A DNA stretch of 64,000 nt from Rebecca billardiae RCC1528 (Eukaryota; Protista; Haptophyta), in assembly GCA_965240325.2 (NCBI GenBank), contig OZ251231.1, positions 1,612,001 to 1,676,000 on the forward strand, read 5' to 3'. Position numbers and translations under genes: made by a program. Shown in pieces: positions 45,812 to 58,700 of the stretch (position 1 is the stretch's first letter; every line of letters starts with the position of its first letter). A model generated the notes under the pieces. The model saw only the letters and a program-made list of their open reading frames with translations. It had not been told where the DNA came from and made no database searches.

Positions 45812-48800
45812 TATTGGGATTACCGCAAGCTCCGAGCGTCTCGAGCCCTGCTAAAAGCTCACCGCGCACGACAGGACGGACGCCACCGCGAGGATCACAT
45901 GCCTCGCGATCTCATCAGCTCTCAAGCCTCTGAACCTGGCCCTTATTTCCGGCGCTCTTGCGCCGGGCCAAAACAGCGATCGAGCTCCGATCGCTCCTGG
46001 GCTCGGGGCGGTAGTATCATCGCCGTGCCGACTTACCCAGATTTTGCCGCGATCAGCCAATCGGCGATCGCACCGTCCGTCCTGTTGCCGCTCAACTTTG
46101 TACCACTGCTTCTCGTCCATGTCCGGTGCTGCTCACCTGCTTTCCTTGGACAAATCCAGTGTACCAGCATGACGCCCGCGCTGCTCCGCGCTGCTCCGCG
46201 CTGCTCCGCGCTGCTCCGCGCTGCTCCGCGCTGCTCCGCGCTGCTCCGCGCTGCTCCGCGCTGCTCCGCGCTGCTCCGCGCGCTCCGCGCTGCTCCGCGC
46301 TGCTCCGCGCTGCTCCGCGCTGCTCCGCGCTGCTCCGCGCGCTCCGCGCTGCTCCGCGCGCCCCGCGCTGCTCCGCGCTCCCGCGCCGCTGCGCCCGCGC
46401 TGCTCCGCGCCCGCGCCGCTGCGCCCGCGCTGCTCCGCGCTCGCGCGTCTGCTGCCGCGCGCGTCCTGGACGCGCGCGCTGCCAGCCACTGCTCCGCAGC
46501 AGCTGCTGCCGCCGGCCCGCCTGATGCGGCGCCAGCCCTGACACCCCAGCGGCAACGCCATCTGCTGAGATGCGTGCCCCAGACTGTGCCAGTTCATCCG
46601 CACTGCTGCTCTGCAGCAGCTGCGCCGCCGGTCTGCCTGCTGCAGCACCGGCCCTGACTCACCGCCGGCGACGCCATCTGCTGAGATGCGCGCCCCTGGC
46701 CTCGTCAGCTCAACACCCCCCCTCGACAGCCATAGCCGCGAGCGAGTAGCACCGCTCATCGCGCGCGCGTCGGGTGTCGCACACCATGATGGCGTCGACG
46801 TGCCACTCAAACGTAGCAGCGTCGTCCGTCGCCTTCGTCATGATGTCGGCGTGGTACATTGACCTCACGCCACGTACTCCGCCTCCGTCGAGCTCAGCTG
46901 GGCCATAACCTGCAGCCCGCTGCTGTGCCACGACACCGGCGATCCATTGTAGAAGACAATGATGCAGCCACCCGTCGACCTCCACCCGGATTCCCCTGGG
47001 TTGTTAGACCAAACAGAGTCACCCAAAGTGAGCAAGTCGTCGAGCTCGTCAATCTCCGCGCGCTGGACCAACGCCTTGTCCGCGTCGGTCAGCCTCGCGC
47101 GCGCCGCTGCCTCTGGCAGCCGTATCCGCGTGCTCGCGTTCGTGCCGAATCGCTCGAGCCCGCCATCGATCGCCTCTGCGACCCGCGGCAACCCGCCCGC
47201 ATCTGCGCGGCGGTCCCGCGCCAAAGTTGCGCCGGTGGTATCTCATACCACCAGTGCGACTGCGCCCATGGCGCGCCCGCACCGCCCCGATCGCCGGCCT
47301 GCGGCATCGGCGGCTGTGCGCCCGTGCGCCCGCGCTGCTGCGCCCGCGCTGACCCGCGCCCGCGCTGCTGCGCCCGCGCACCTGTGCTACGCGGCGGCCC
47401 GCCAGCATCTGCTGCGGCCCCGCGCCGGGATTCCGTCGGCGGGATCCGACCCTGCCGACCCAGGCTGTGTCGCTGACGCGCCTGCTCCGCCACGCCCGCC
47501 CTGCGGCGTCGGCGTCGACGGCTGTGCGCACGCGCTGCTGCGCCCGCGCGCTGTTCCGCGCCTGCGCTGCCGCGCCCGTGCGCTGTTCCGCACCTGCGCT
47601 GCCGCGCCTGCGCGCTCCGCGCCCGCGCTGCTGCGCTCGCGCGCTGTTCCGCGCCCGCGCTGCTGCGCCCGCGCGCTGTTCCGCGCCCGCGCTGCCGCGC
47701 CCGCGCGCTGTTCCGCGTCCGCGCTGCCGCGCTCGCGCGCCGACGCCGACGCATCTGCGTCGCCGTCGTTCCTGACGTCGAACTCCGTCGCGTCGTCGTC
47801 ACCGGCGTCGGCCGGCGGCTCGCCGCCGTCGCCGTCATCGTCCTGCGCCGCGCGGCGGCCCGCCAGCATCTGCTGCGGCCCCGCGCCGTGATTCCGCCGG
47901 CGGTATCTGACCCTGCCGACCCGGCTGCGTCATCGACGCGCCTGTCCCGCCACGCCCGCCCTGCGGCGTCGGCGTCGACGGCTGTGCGCCCGCGCTGCTG
48001 CACCCGCGCTGTCCCGCGTCCACGCTGCTGCGCCCGCGCCCCGACGTTGACGCATCTGCGTCGTCGTCGTACCCGACGTCGAACTCTGTCGCGTTGTCAT
48101 TCCCGGCGTCGGCTGGCTGCTCGCCGCCGTCGCCGTCATCCGCGCCCGCGCTGCTGCACCCGCGCTGTCCCGCGTCCACGCTGCTGCGCCCGCGCCCCGA
48201 CGTTGACGCATCTGCGTCGTCGTCGTACCCGACGTCGAACTCTGTCGCGTCGTCATTCCCGGCGTCGGCTGGCTGCTCGCCGCCGTCGCCGTCCTCGTCC
48301 TCACCGTCGGCGTCACCGCCGACCGGACGATGTCCGCCGCTTACCGCGGCGCCGTCACCATCACCCACGTACGCGCCACCGTCAGGTGCGCCCAGCGACG
48401 AGTGCCCCCCCTCGACCAGGTCGGTCTCGTCGATGCGTACGTCACGCAAGTGAAGAGACGTCCGTCGTCTACACGACATACGTACCAGAGTACGTTGAAG
48501 CCACGGAGCTGCTCCGCGCGCGGCGCGCGCTGATCGCCGCCGCCGCTGCCTCCTCCGCCCTCGCAGCCAGTCGGTATCTCTCCGCCGTCTTGGCCGCCGC
48601 CACGATCCCCGCCGTCGCCACCGCCGCCTGAGCCAGGCGATGAGCTTCGTGCGTGGACGTGTGGGTGCCGCCGCCACCACCGGGCGTACGACCACCTGGT
48701 TCGGTGCGCCCAGCGCCGCCGAGCCACTGCCGCGCGCTGCTGCGCGCACACACGCCGCACCGGCGTCCTGCGCCGTGCGTGTGCTTCCGACGCCTCAGCG

Positions 48801-50689
48801 TCGGGTCCCCACCTGCCGCCGAATGATCTCGGCCCGCAGCATGGAATCGAGCTGAACCTCCCGGCGTGGGCCGAGTGCCATGCACTGCCCCGCCGTCACC
48901 CCGCACTCGCGCCTTGCGCGCGCGCGGATACCGCGACTCAAAGATCGCGCCAGCGCCGCCGTCTCGGCGGCACTGCCAGCTGCGCCTCGCGTCAGCTGCA
49001 GACGTAGTCTCGGCACCGCTGCGCCGCCCCGTCATGATCCCGCGCTCGCGCCTCGCGCGCGCGCGATTCCCGCGACTCAACAGTCGCGCCAGCGCCGCCA
49101 TCTCGGTGGCACTGCCAGCTGCGCCTCGCGTCAGCTGCCGGCGTAGGACCAGTGCCAAGCACTGCCCGCCGCCGTAACGGCGCTCGTGTCGCCAGATTCC
49201 ACCCGGACGATTCCGATAGATCCGGGTGTGCCAACCGCCGGACCTGTGTCCAGTCCGGTCGTGCCAGCCGTGCCAGCCGGACCGCAAAACCCAGTCCAGC
49301 TGCCAGCCGCCATCCGGTGCCCTAGACCACCGGACAGGTTGATGAGCCAGCCCCTCCGAGTAGATCGCCGAGCCCGCCGTCGCCGCCGTCAGCTGCCGTG
49401 CAGCCACCCGGCGCTCGGGGTGCGTGCTCGCGCCGATCGTGCCAGTAGCGCTGCTCAGTCATCCGCCGCTGCACGCAGTAGTTCTCCTGCACCAGCTGCA
49501 TCCGCTCAGATCCAATCGTGAGCTTCCGGGAGGCTGTCGTGTCGGGCTCATCACCGACAGGTACTGTTCCTCCCAATCGACGCGAAGTTCCGCGTCCGGG
49601 CCATGCGCGGAGATGATGCCGATGATCCCTGGCATCGTAGCGCCATGCCCCATCGAGAGCGTCGCCAGTTTGCCCGCGCTCTCGGCCAGGAACCTCTGCT
49701 GCATTCCATGCGATGCCAGAGTTCCTCGTTCCGCCCATCCTGCAACCACGGCCGCTCGTGCCCATCAGCCCAATCGATGAGAAAGGACAGTGCGGACAAC
49801 TCCCTCCCTGGGGTTGCTGCGCGCATATTGGGATTACCGCAAGCTCCGAGCGTCTCGAGCCCTGCTAAAAGCTCACCGCGCACGACAGGACGGACGCCAC
49901 CGCGAGGATCACATGCCTCGCGATCTCATCAGCTCTCAAGCCTCTGAACCTGGCCCTTATTTCCGGCGCTCTTGCGCCGGGCCAAAACAGCGATCGAGCT
50001 CCGATCGCTCCTGGGCTCGGGGCGGTAGTATCGTCGCCGTGCCGACTTACCCAGATTTTGCCGCGATCAGCCAATCGGCGATCGCACCGTCCGTCCTGTT
50101 GCCGCTCAACTTTGTACCACTGCTTCTCGTCCATGTCCGGTGCTGCTCACCTGCTTTCCTTGGACAAATCCAGTGTACCAGCATGACGCCCGCGCTGCTC
50201 CGCGCTGCTCCGCGCTGCTCCGCGCTGCTCCGCGCTGCTCCGCGCTGCTCCGCGCGCTCCGCGCTGCTCCGCGCTGCTCCGCGCTGCTCCGCGCTGCTCC
50301 GCGCTGCTCCGCGCGCTCCGCGCTGCTCCGCGCGCCCCGCGCTGCTCCGCGCTCCCGCGCCGCTGCGCCCGCGCTGCTCCGCGCCCGCGCCGCTGCGCCC
50401 GCGCTGCTCCGCGCTCGCGCGTCTGCTGCCGCGCGCGTCCTGGACGCGCGCGCTGCCAGCCACTGCTCCGCAGCAGCTGCTGCCGCCGGCCCGCCTGATG
50501 CGGCGCCAGCCCTGACACCCCAGCGGCAACGCCATCTGCTGAGATGCGTGCCCCAGACTGTGCCAGTTCATCCGCACTGCTGCTCTGCAGCAGCTGCGCC
50601 GCCGGTCTGCCTGCTGCAGCACCGGCCCTGACTCACCGCCGGCGACGCCATCTGCTGAGATGCGCGCCCCTGGCCTCGTCAGCTCAACA
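45812..50689 (-). mobile_element. Non-autonomous Ty1/Copia LTR retrotransposon
   Basis: LTRs 45812-46715 and 49826-50689; 5-bp TSD TAGTG (45807-45811, 50690-50694); polypurine tract at 46716-46723; RNase H remnants GSPVSWHS..LSSTEAEYVA and ADIMTKA; RDVRIDE post-integrase remnant; empty site at about 11520. Confidence 0.93.
46178..46445. repeat. (GCTGCTCCGC)n 10-bp minisatellite inside the LTR (also at about 50190-50415)
   Basis: Direct reading; the two LTRs differ by 40 bp, i.e. 4 units. Confidence 0.9.
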
Positions 50690-51288
50690 TAGTGAACAGA
50701 GGAATCAACGAAACCCACGCCCAAGTGTGCCAGGCTGGGTAAATTTTGTGGGTAGACTCTCGTTCTAGTGTGACCATAGTAAAATAATATGGCATCGCCG
50801 CCGCAAGATGCCATCACTAGAACGACAGTTGGTCAACATAATAGCAGTCCAACCAACTCCAATAGTGCGAGACATTCGAAGCAAGGCAAGGGCTGTATCG
50901 AATTGTGGGTCGTACTCTCGTTCAGTCTATCATATCAGTACATTGGCTCGCTAACGATGTTGGGGGCATAAGGTCATCTTGGGTAATTGTGGGTATTATC
51001 ATACCCAGTTGGGGGCCAGGGGGCGCGCGGCACGCGCTCGCTCCAAAAACGGGGCGAGCCCTCGATCGACCGCCAAACGGGGCGAGCCCTCGATCGACCG
51101 CCATCGGTGTGGACGACCGCGCGGAGCGCGCGCCGCGCGCGCGCCGCCCGCGCGGCCGCGGGCGCCTCCCGCGCGGGTGGCGCACGCACGCCCGCGCGCC
51201 CGCCCGCGCGCGCGGCCGCGTTTGCGGGCGCGCGCGGATTGTCGAAGGCTTCTGTCTGTCGGGCGTTGCGTCACTCGTGCGCCATGGC

Positions 51289-52186
51289 CATGTCGTGGCG
51301 TGCGCATGTGCGCACTCTCGGTGGGGTGGTGCGCGGGCGGCGGCGCTCTCCTGAATTCTACCCCGCGCCCGTTTCGCTGTGCGTGCGCGCTGCGTCGCGC
51401 AGGCACGCGAGAGTACCTGCGGCTCCCGCACGGCCGACGTGGACGGTCAGCCCCGGCGCGCCGCTCGAGCACGCGCTCGCGTGTCTGCGTGGACTGGGTT
51501 ATAGCGCGCGTGCCGCGCCTTCTTTTCTCGGTGCAGGCGCGCTGGCTGCAGGCCTTGGCCATCGACTACGCGGCGCGCACCCTAGCACTCCCTAGCAGCC
51601 AGCCGCGACGAGTCCCAGTCTGCGCGCGCAGATGGGCGGCGGCGCGCAGGCCGTGCGCGCGCAGATACACGAGCACGTGCGCGTGAAGGCGCTGGGCGCC
51701 GAGCTGGCAAAGCGCGACGCCGAGCTCGACGCGTGCGCGCAGAGGCGCTGGGCGCCGAGCTGGCGAAGCGAGACGCCGAGCTCGACGCGCTGCGTCACGC
51801 GGCACGGATGCGCTGGGCGCGCGCGCTGCCCTTGTCCACGCCCTGCAGCAGCTCGAGCAGGTGTGGACGGCCCTCGAAGCTACGGTGGGCGAGCGCGCGC
51901 CGCTCAGCCTGCCGCTGGCCGCCGCCATCCTCGAGGCCGACGCGGCGGAGCAGGCGGCGGGCGAGCACGGCGGCGCGGTGCGGAGCACTGCACTCGTGCG
52001 CCTGGCGGCGGGCGCGACACGCCACTCGCTTCGTCCCACCCCGAGCTCCGCTCGGTCTGCGCGTGGCTGCGCAGCGTGGGCGGGCAGCAGTGGCGCGCGC
52101 TCTCGCTATGCCGGCCCGAGGCGCGCCGGCTGAGCGACCAGCGGCCCTTCGTCGAGCGCATGGCGCAGCGCGAGCACCTCAAGCAG
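51289..52186 (+). pseudogene. Intron-containing, frameshifted gene fragment inside Helentron-like copy 3
   Basis: Coding-like segments (QIHEHVRVKALGAELAKRDAELD; VWTALEATVGE; FVERMAQREHLKQ then GTGCGC donor) in shifting frames, ~45 bp internal duplication, no downstream exon. Confidence 0.45.
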
Positions 52187-52945
52187 GTGCGCGCGCGCGC
52201 GCGCACGCGCCGGCCCGCGCCGCGCGGCGCCTCTCGCCCTGCACGCGCGCCGCCCCGCTTCCCCGCGCGGCCCGTCCGCGCCTCTCGCCCTGCGCGCGCG
52301 CCGCCCCGCTTCCCCGCGCGGCCCGTCCGCTGGTGTCCCGTGCCACCCTTGGCCGTCGGCGCGCCGCCATTCACGCGCCGCGAGTCCGACGGACGGGTCT
52401 GACTCTCACTCACTCTCCGTCTCTCCGAGACGGTGCGGCTGCCTGTCTGACTGCCAGGCAGACGCCAGACCGTGCGGATTGACGACGTCACGGTCTCATT
52501 CGTCTCAACCACTGCGCAGCGGGCCCCCAACTGCGTTGGTTCTACGGAAAAGGACCGCGGAACGCGGTCATTATTGCGAGTCTGCTCGTCGCAGCTTGTA
52601 GTAATTCCATCATCAGCCGATTATCATAATTCTCACTGAATTCTGTGAGGTCAAGATGTATGAGGTCAAGACAAGGGCGCCCTTGGTAGGTGTCTCGGTC
52701 AGTGGTTTGAGGTTGGGTGAGGACTGAGGGTGGTGGTTGGTTGGGGGCTGGCCAGAAAAAAAGGATCACGGACGACTGACGGAGGTGGCGTCAGTGCCCT
52801 TCCGCTTGGTCATCATTTATGAGCGCTGCGCTCATCATCATCATTATAATAATAATAATGATATCCGCGCATGGCCATGCGGCCCGGGCAGTGAGTCACG
52901 CTGGGCCCTGAGCCAGCGCAGCGCTGATGGCCGCACATGCCAGGC

Positions 52946-53971
52946 CTACGGCTTGGGCGGGTCGCTCGCCTCGCCCGCTATCCCCCGCGCGAGTCGCGGG
53001 AATCCGACCGCCCAGTGCGACGAATAGCCGTGCACCGGGGGCCAAGCATGCAGGGTGATTGGGCACCAGCATTGGTGCAGGGATGAGTAGCATGCGAGCT
53101 CGTCGAAGATGACGATAGAGCGGCCGAGCCGCGCGACCACGGTCCAGGAGAACACCTTGTCTTCTCCCCCGTGCCAATCTGGCCACTGCACCGCCGACAG
53201 GACCGAGCGGCGGATGGCGGGCTGCCCGGTGAGCACATACGCACCCCGCGCGCCGAGCGTGCTCGCATACACGGGCATGGTCTGGAGCATCTCGGCGGGC
53301 GAGACGCCGTCCGGCTCGGCGAGGCCCGATTTGAAGCTCGCGTTGGCGTGCGCGGCGAGAAGCTCGCCCGCGCTCAGATAGCCGCCCTTGTCGAGCAGCC
53401 GCGCGGCCGACGTGTCCAGTCGGCGGAAGGTCGAAGCGTTACACGTCCACCGGTGGTGCACCATCACGAGCTCGTCTGCAGCGCGGAGCGCAAAGTGCGC
53501 GAGCAGTACGTCCAGACGTTGAGGGTGCGCCGGGTCATCCGCGTCCGCGTACACCAGAATGTCGGCCTCGGCGAGCTCGCTGGCAGCCTGCCGGTTGAAC
53601 CCCGAGGAGCGAGGGCCCTCAAACGTAATGATCACAAATCGCGCAAACAACTGTGAGTAGCGTTCGCGTAGTGATGCCAGGAGCCAAGGGTCAAGCGCTT
53701 CGGCCTCGGAGACGGAGACGATCACCTCATCGGGCCAGACCGTGCCCTCCATGTACTGAAGCAGCGACAGCTCCAGGTGGATCTCGAAGTGGGCGCGCGT
53801 GCACGGGAGAATGAGCGCGCTGCGCAAACCCGACCGATGTGGCCGCGGATTGTATCCTTGCCCGAGCCGCAGCGCTCTCAGGTGCTCGAATGGGATGCCG
53901 TGGATGGCCGTGCGCACCAGCACGAGCACAGCGCACGCGTACACGCACATCCATCCCAGGTGCATGCTCAT
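52946..53971 (-). CDS. GT-A fold (GT2-like) glycosyltransferase
   Basis: ALILPC, PDEVIVSVS, GFNRQ, ILVYADADD (DxD), HPQRL, GEDKVF; N-terminal membrane anchor. Confidence 0.78.
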   Translation of the reverse strand: MSMHLGWMCVYACAVLVLVRTAIHGIPFEHLRALRLGQGYNPRPHRSGLRSALILPCTRAHFEIHLELSLLQYMEGTVWPDEVIVSVSEAEALDPWLLASLRERYSQLFARFVIITFEGPRSSGFNRQAASELAEADILVYADADDPAHPQRLDVLLAHFALRAADELVMVHHRWTCNASTFRRLDTSAARLLDKGGYLSAGELLAAHANASFKSGLAEPDGVSPAEMLQTMPVYASTLGARGAYVLTGQPAIRRSVLSAVQWPDWHGGEDKVFSWTVVARLGRSIVIFDELACYSSLHQCWCPITLHAWPPVHGYSSHWAVGFPRLARGIAGEASDPPKP

Positions 53972-54063
53972 CACAAAGCACAGGGCGCAAACCGCGCCGC
54001 GGCGGGGGCCGCCATTGCCCGTTAGTCCAAGTTGGCGGTGCTCACGCACAGACAGCAAGGGGA

Positions 54064-55312
54064 ATGGTGGACTACAGCAAGTGGGAGGTGCTCGACGACT
54101 CCGACGAGGAGCGTGAGCGTGTCAAGGTGCGCGAGGAGAAGGAGGCCGTCCGAAGGCGCAAGGAAGCGGCCGCTCGCGTCGACCGCGATCGCGCCAGCAA
54201 GCCCAAGATCGACTGGTCCAAGATCAGCTTTGACGATCCGTCCACTTTCAAGGACATGCCTGAGGGGATGGCGCAGTACATGAAGGCCGTGTCGTGCGGT
54301 CAGTTCGGCGCGAGCAAGGACAAGGCCAAGTACAAGCTCCCTGAGACAGACGAGGAGGTGCGCACGAAGGCGAACGAGGCGAATGGCCTCAAGGAGCGCG
54401 GCAACCAGCTGGTCGAGGAGGGTGAGTACTTTGAGGCGGCCAAGCTGTACGAGCAGGCGGTGCTCAAGTTCGACTGGTACTCGGAGACGTTCGCCACCGA
54501 GCACGAGCGTGCGATCGTGCTCCCGGTGAAAGTGCCGTGCCACCTCAACCTCGCGGCCATGTCGCTCGCGCTCGGCAACTACCAGCACGCGATCACGCAC
54601 TGCACGCAGGTGCTGAGGCACGAGTCGAGCAACGCGAAGGCTCTCTTCCGCCGGGGCCAGTGCTACATGCACAGCGGCCATCTGGAGGAGGCGAAGGCCG
54701 ACTTGCTCCGCGCGCGAGAGCTGCTGCCCAACGACACCAAGCTGGCTGAGGCGATGGCCAAGCTCAAGGTGGGCGCCGCCGCGCGAGGCAGTGCCCCCCG
54801 TGCGCACGCGGATCGCCAGACAAACTGACGGGCCCCTCGCGCTCACGAGAGTGCGCCCCCTCCCCATCCGCACCGGCCCGCTCGTGCGGCAGATCAAGCT
54901 GGCAGAGTACCAGCGCCGGAGCAAAAACATGTCGAGCAAGATGCTCGAGGCGCTGCGTCCCGAGGACGCTGACGCGGCTGCGGGCGCGGAGGACGCGTGC
55001 GAGGCGCCTGGAGACGCCGAACAGGTGGCAGGCAGCGCGGGCGACTCCCCGCCAGGCGCAAGCGCGGAGCGCAACGCCACCGTCGCGAGCGACGCGGCGC
55101 CCAGCGAGGCTGAGCGCAGTGCAGCGGATGCCCCACCATGCTCCGGCGCGCCTTCCGCCGATGTAGCCCGCCTGACGGCGTGGTCCGAGGAGCCAGTCGC
55201 GGTCGGGTACGCGTGCTCAGACTGCCCGGGTGCGGGCGCCGTCCGCCATCCCGTGCTCGGGCCGATCTGCTCACGCTGCAGGCTCGTGCTCTGTGCGATC
55301 ACAGATGCGTAG
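54064..55312 (+). CDS. TPR co-chaperone (FKBP/Cyp40-type TPR) with Cdc37-like N-terminal motif; exons 54064-54768 and 54893-55312
   Basis: MVDYSKWEVLDDSDEE; LKERGN; CHLNLAA; NAKALFRRG; in-frame GT-AG intron; C-terminal CxxC..CxxC. Confidence 0.82.
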
Positions 55313-55714
55313 CAGCACAGTGTCAATATTTCCGTCATTCTGTCAAAGCGGGCTGTCCCACCTGCTGCTGCACGAGTGCAAGCTACGCTCGCACGCGGCG
55401 GCCTGGGCCCCAGATTCTGCCGCCGGCCGCGTCGCCAGGCGTGATGACGTGCGTGGCGAGCGCGCCGCGGCGGTGACGACGCCATCTGCTCGCGATAAAT
55501 CAGGTGCTGCTGATCGGCTGGGAATTTGGAAAGCGCATGGCGATTTTCGTCGCGCGGCGATTATTTCGTCGTCGCAAAAGCGCTCATCAGCAGAAAAGTG
55601 ACGACGAAAAGTCGCGCATCCACGTCTTTTGGATGGACGACCAGTGCCGCAGTGCGGCAGCAGTGACTCGATCGAGGGCCGAGTAGTCGGCTGGCGTCGG
55701 CGCGCGGGACGGGC

Positions 55715-58700
55715 ATGGCTGACGCGCTCAACGGCTTGCCGCCCGGGCTCATCCCCGCAGACTACGTGGACGTGCAGGCGCTCGGCCGCGGCAGCTTCTA
55801 CCACGCGCGCGAGGGCAAGCAGGAGCCGATCGAGTATGACGGCGCGGCCGCCGGTCTGGAGATGACCGTCGAGTACGACCTGCTGGAGCCGTACCACGTG
55901 GACGACCGCACGGGGCTGGGGCTGCGGTGCAAGCGCGACATTCAGAAGGGCGAGCGCGTCGTCGAGTTCGTCGGCGAGGTGCTCGACGACACGGAGGTCG
56001 TGCAGAAGTACGACGAGTCCATCCCGCCACGCGTCGCGTACTACCTGATGACGCTCGGCGACAACGCGTCGCTCAGCCTCAAGCTGCAGCGCGGGGACAC
56101 GAGCCTGGGCGACACGGAGATGTTCGTGGACCAGCAGCAGTGGGGCAACAAGGCGCGCTTCGCCAACGACGACGAGCACAAGCCGAACATGCAGGTGTGC
56201 TACTGGCCGGAGCCGGTGCGTGCGGAGGACGGCAGCTTGGACGAGACGCAGATGCTGCCGCGCCGCGCGTACCTGCGCGCGATCCGGCGCATCCCGGCGG
56301 GTGTCGAGCTGCGCTACTCGTACGGCGCGCACTATGACCGCTTCTGGAAGCCGAAGGACCTGCCAAAGATGGGTGAGCGCGGCGCGCGGCGCGGCGCCCC
56401 CGGCCGTGAGCGCGTGGTTTGGCTGCATGCGGCGCACGCACGCAGCCGCACTCGCCGTCGCACGCGCGCGGCTGACGCGTGCGTGCGTGCGCGCGCGCTC
56501 CTCTGCGCGCGCGCCAGCCGAGACCATCGCCAGGTCGATCATCCGGCCCGAGCGCACGCGCTCGCTCCTCGGCGCGAGTGTGCACGTCCCCGCGACCGCC
56601 GACCGGCCCGGTCGGATGACGACCGAGGCGGAAGCGGTGGAGGCCGCGCTGCTCGAGGCGCTGCCGGAGGCGCCGACGCTGCGCCCCACGGCCGAGGAGT
56701 TCGTCGACCCCGTCGCGTACATCGAGGCGCACCAGGCGCACGCGCAGCGCTTCGGCCTCTTCAAAATCGTGCCGCCGCCCGGCTGGGTGCCCGCGCGCAC
56801 GTTTCCGGAGCGGTTCCTCGCGCGCCCGCTCTACTCGCGCTCGGCGACCGCGCCACGGCGCAAGCGCGCGCGCGCGGCGGAGGGGGCGGAGGGGGCGGAG
56901 GCGGGGGCGCCGGGCTCGGCCGACGCGCCGAGCGAGCCGCACGACGGGCGGGACGCGCAGCAGCGCCAGCAGCCCGTGACCACGGCGGCGGTGGCGGCGG
57001 CGGCAGCGGCGGCGGATACAGAGGCGCTGGCCCCCACAGCGGCCGGCGGGTCCAGCGCCCCGGCCGCCGACGGCAGCGGCGGCGCCGGTCGCGATTTCTG
57101 CGCCGCGACAGCGTCGTACGCGTTCACGATGCACAACCCGGGCGGGCGCTCCTCCCGGCGCTCGTGGCGCCTCGACGAATGGCGCCGGCTGTGCTCACTG
57201 CTCGAGCAGCAGGTGGCGAGTGCGATCGCCATGTCAGGCGTGGCCGGCGCCGACCTGAGCGAAATGCCGCTGGGTGGCCTCTTCTACTCGCTGTTTGGCG
57301 CGACGGCGGGCGCGCAGGCGCTGGGCGCGCCGGAGATCTACTACGGCCCCGAGCTGCGCGGCGCGGAGGCCGCACGCGCCATCTCGCCCTGGGACCTGTC
57401 CAAGCTGCCGCGCGCCAAAGGCTCACTGCTCGGCCCTGCGACGGAGCCGGTCGCGGGCGTGACCGCTCCCGCGCTCCGCATGGGGATGCTCTTCGCCTCG
57501 CGCGGCTGGGCGGCGGAGCCGTGCAACCTGTACTCGGCGTGCGCGCTGCACAGCGGCGCGTCGGTGAGCTGGTTCGGCGTGCCCGCCGCGAGCGCCTTCG
57601 AGCTCGAGCGCGCCCTCGTCAACCACGCGTTCGATCGGACGGCGCGCGACGCGCGCCAGATTGCAGCACCGCAGCTGGTGAATGGCAGCGCGCACGTGTC
57701 GCCGATCTACCTCCGCGCGCTCGGCGTGCCGTGCTGCCGGCTGGTGCAGCGTGAGGGCGAGATAGTGGTCTCGCTGCCGTACGCGTACACCACGCACGTG
57801 TGCCGCGGCTTCTCCGTCTCCGAGTGCGTGCGCTTTGCGCTGCCGTCGTGGGCGCCGCTCGGCATGCTCGCGCTGCGGCGTATGCGCTGGCTGCGCGCGC
57901 AGACGCCGATCGCGATCGATCGGCTGATTGTCGAGGCGGTCGCTGAGAGGCTGGGCAGCTTCACGCTCGACCAGCTCCAGCCGCTGCTCCACGCCGCGCG
58001 GTACGTCGCGCTGCTCGAGCTCCGCTGGCGGCGCACGGGCGTGGCCGCGCGCGCGCACGCCCGAGACGCTCGGGCGGAGCGGCCGCAGCGCTGTGCCTAC
58101 TGCCACAGCCTGGCGAGCTGCAGCTGGCTCGAGTGCCGAGCGTGCGCGTGCGCGCCGCTCTGCCTCGCGTGTGTCGCGCGGCGCGGCGGCGCGTGCGACT
58201 GCGACACCGCGAACGCGCCGCGCGTGCTCGCCGTGCGCGTGCCCGAGGCGACACTGCGTTCGCTCGTCGAGCTGCGCTCGGCGCACGCCCTGCCGACCCG
58301 CCCGCAGCTGGCCCTGGAGATGCCGGCGGGGCAGGACCCCCTCCTGCCGGAGGCAGCGGTGCGCGCGCACGCGCGTGCGCGCGCGCAGCGGCGGACCGCC
58401 GCCACCGGATCGCGCCGCGCCGCGGGGCCGTCTCTCACAGATCGCCCGCCGCCCGCCCGCCCTCGCGAACGCGCGCGTGGGCGTGCACTCGCGCGAATCG
58501 CGTGCGCGTCCTCGGAATTATTGTTCTGATTACATCCTGCCTCTATCTGTTTCGCAGGCGCACGTGTGGCCCACGAGCCTGACTGAGCTGCGCGAGAGCG
58601 CGCTGCCGCCCACCCCCTCGCTCATTGACCAGCTGATGCGCGCCGCAGAGTCCGCCGCGGCGCTGCAGCTGCGGCTCGCGGGGACGACTGCTGTGGCGCG

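Larger units (their letters stand above)
45021..52569 (+). mobile_element. Helentron/Helitron2-like element, copy 3, with nested LINE fragment, nested Copia element and gene-fragment cargo
   Basis: Starts GGCCCGCGGTGCA, ends GACCGCG-GAA-CGCGGTC; about 2.1 kb once the nested inserts are removed. Confidence 0.68.

Noticed and set aside
46896-46912. GGTTATGGCCCAG on the minus strand, resembling the copia half-tRNA-iMet PBS
   Set aside because: Lies inside the RNase H remnant near the 3' LTR rather than after the 5' LTR, and is one base short; probably coincidence.
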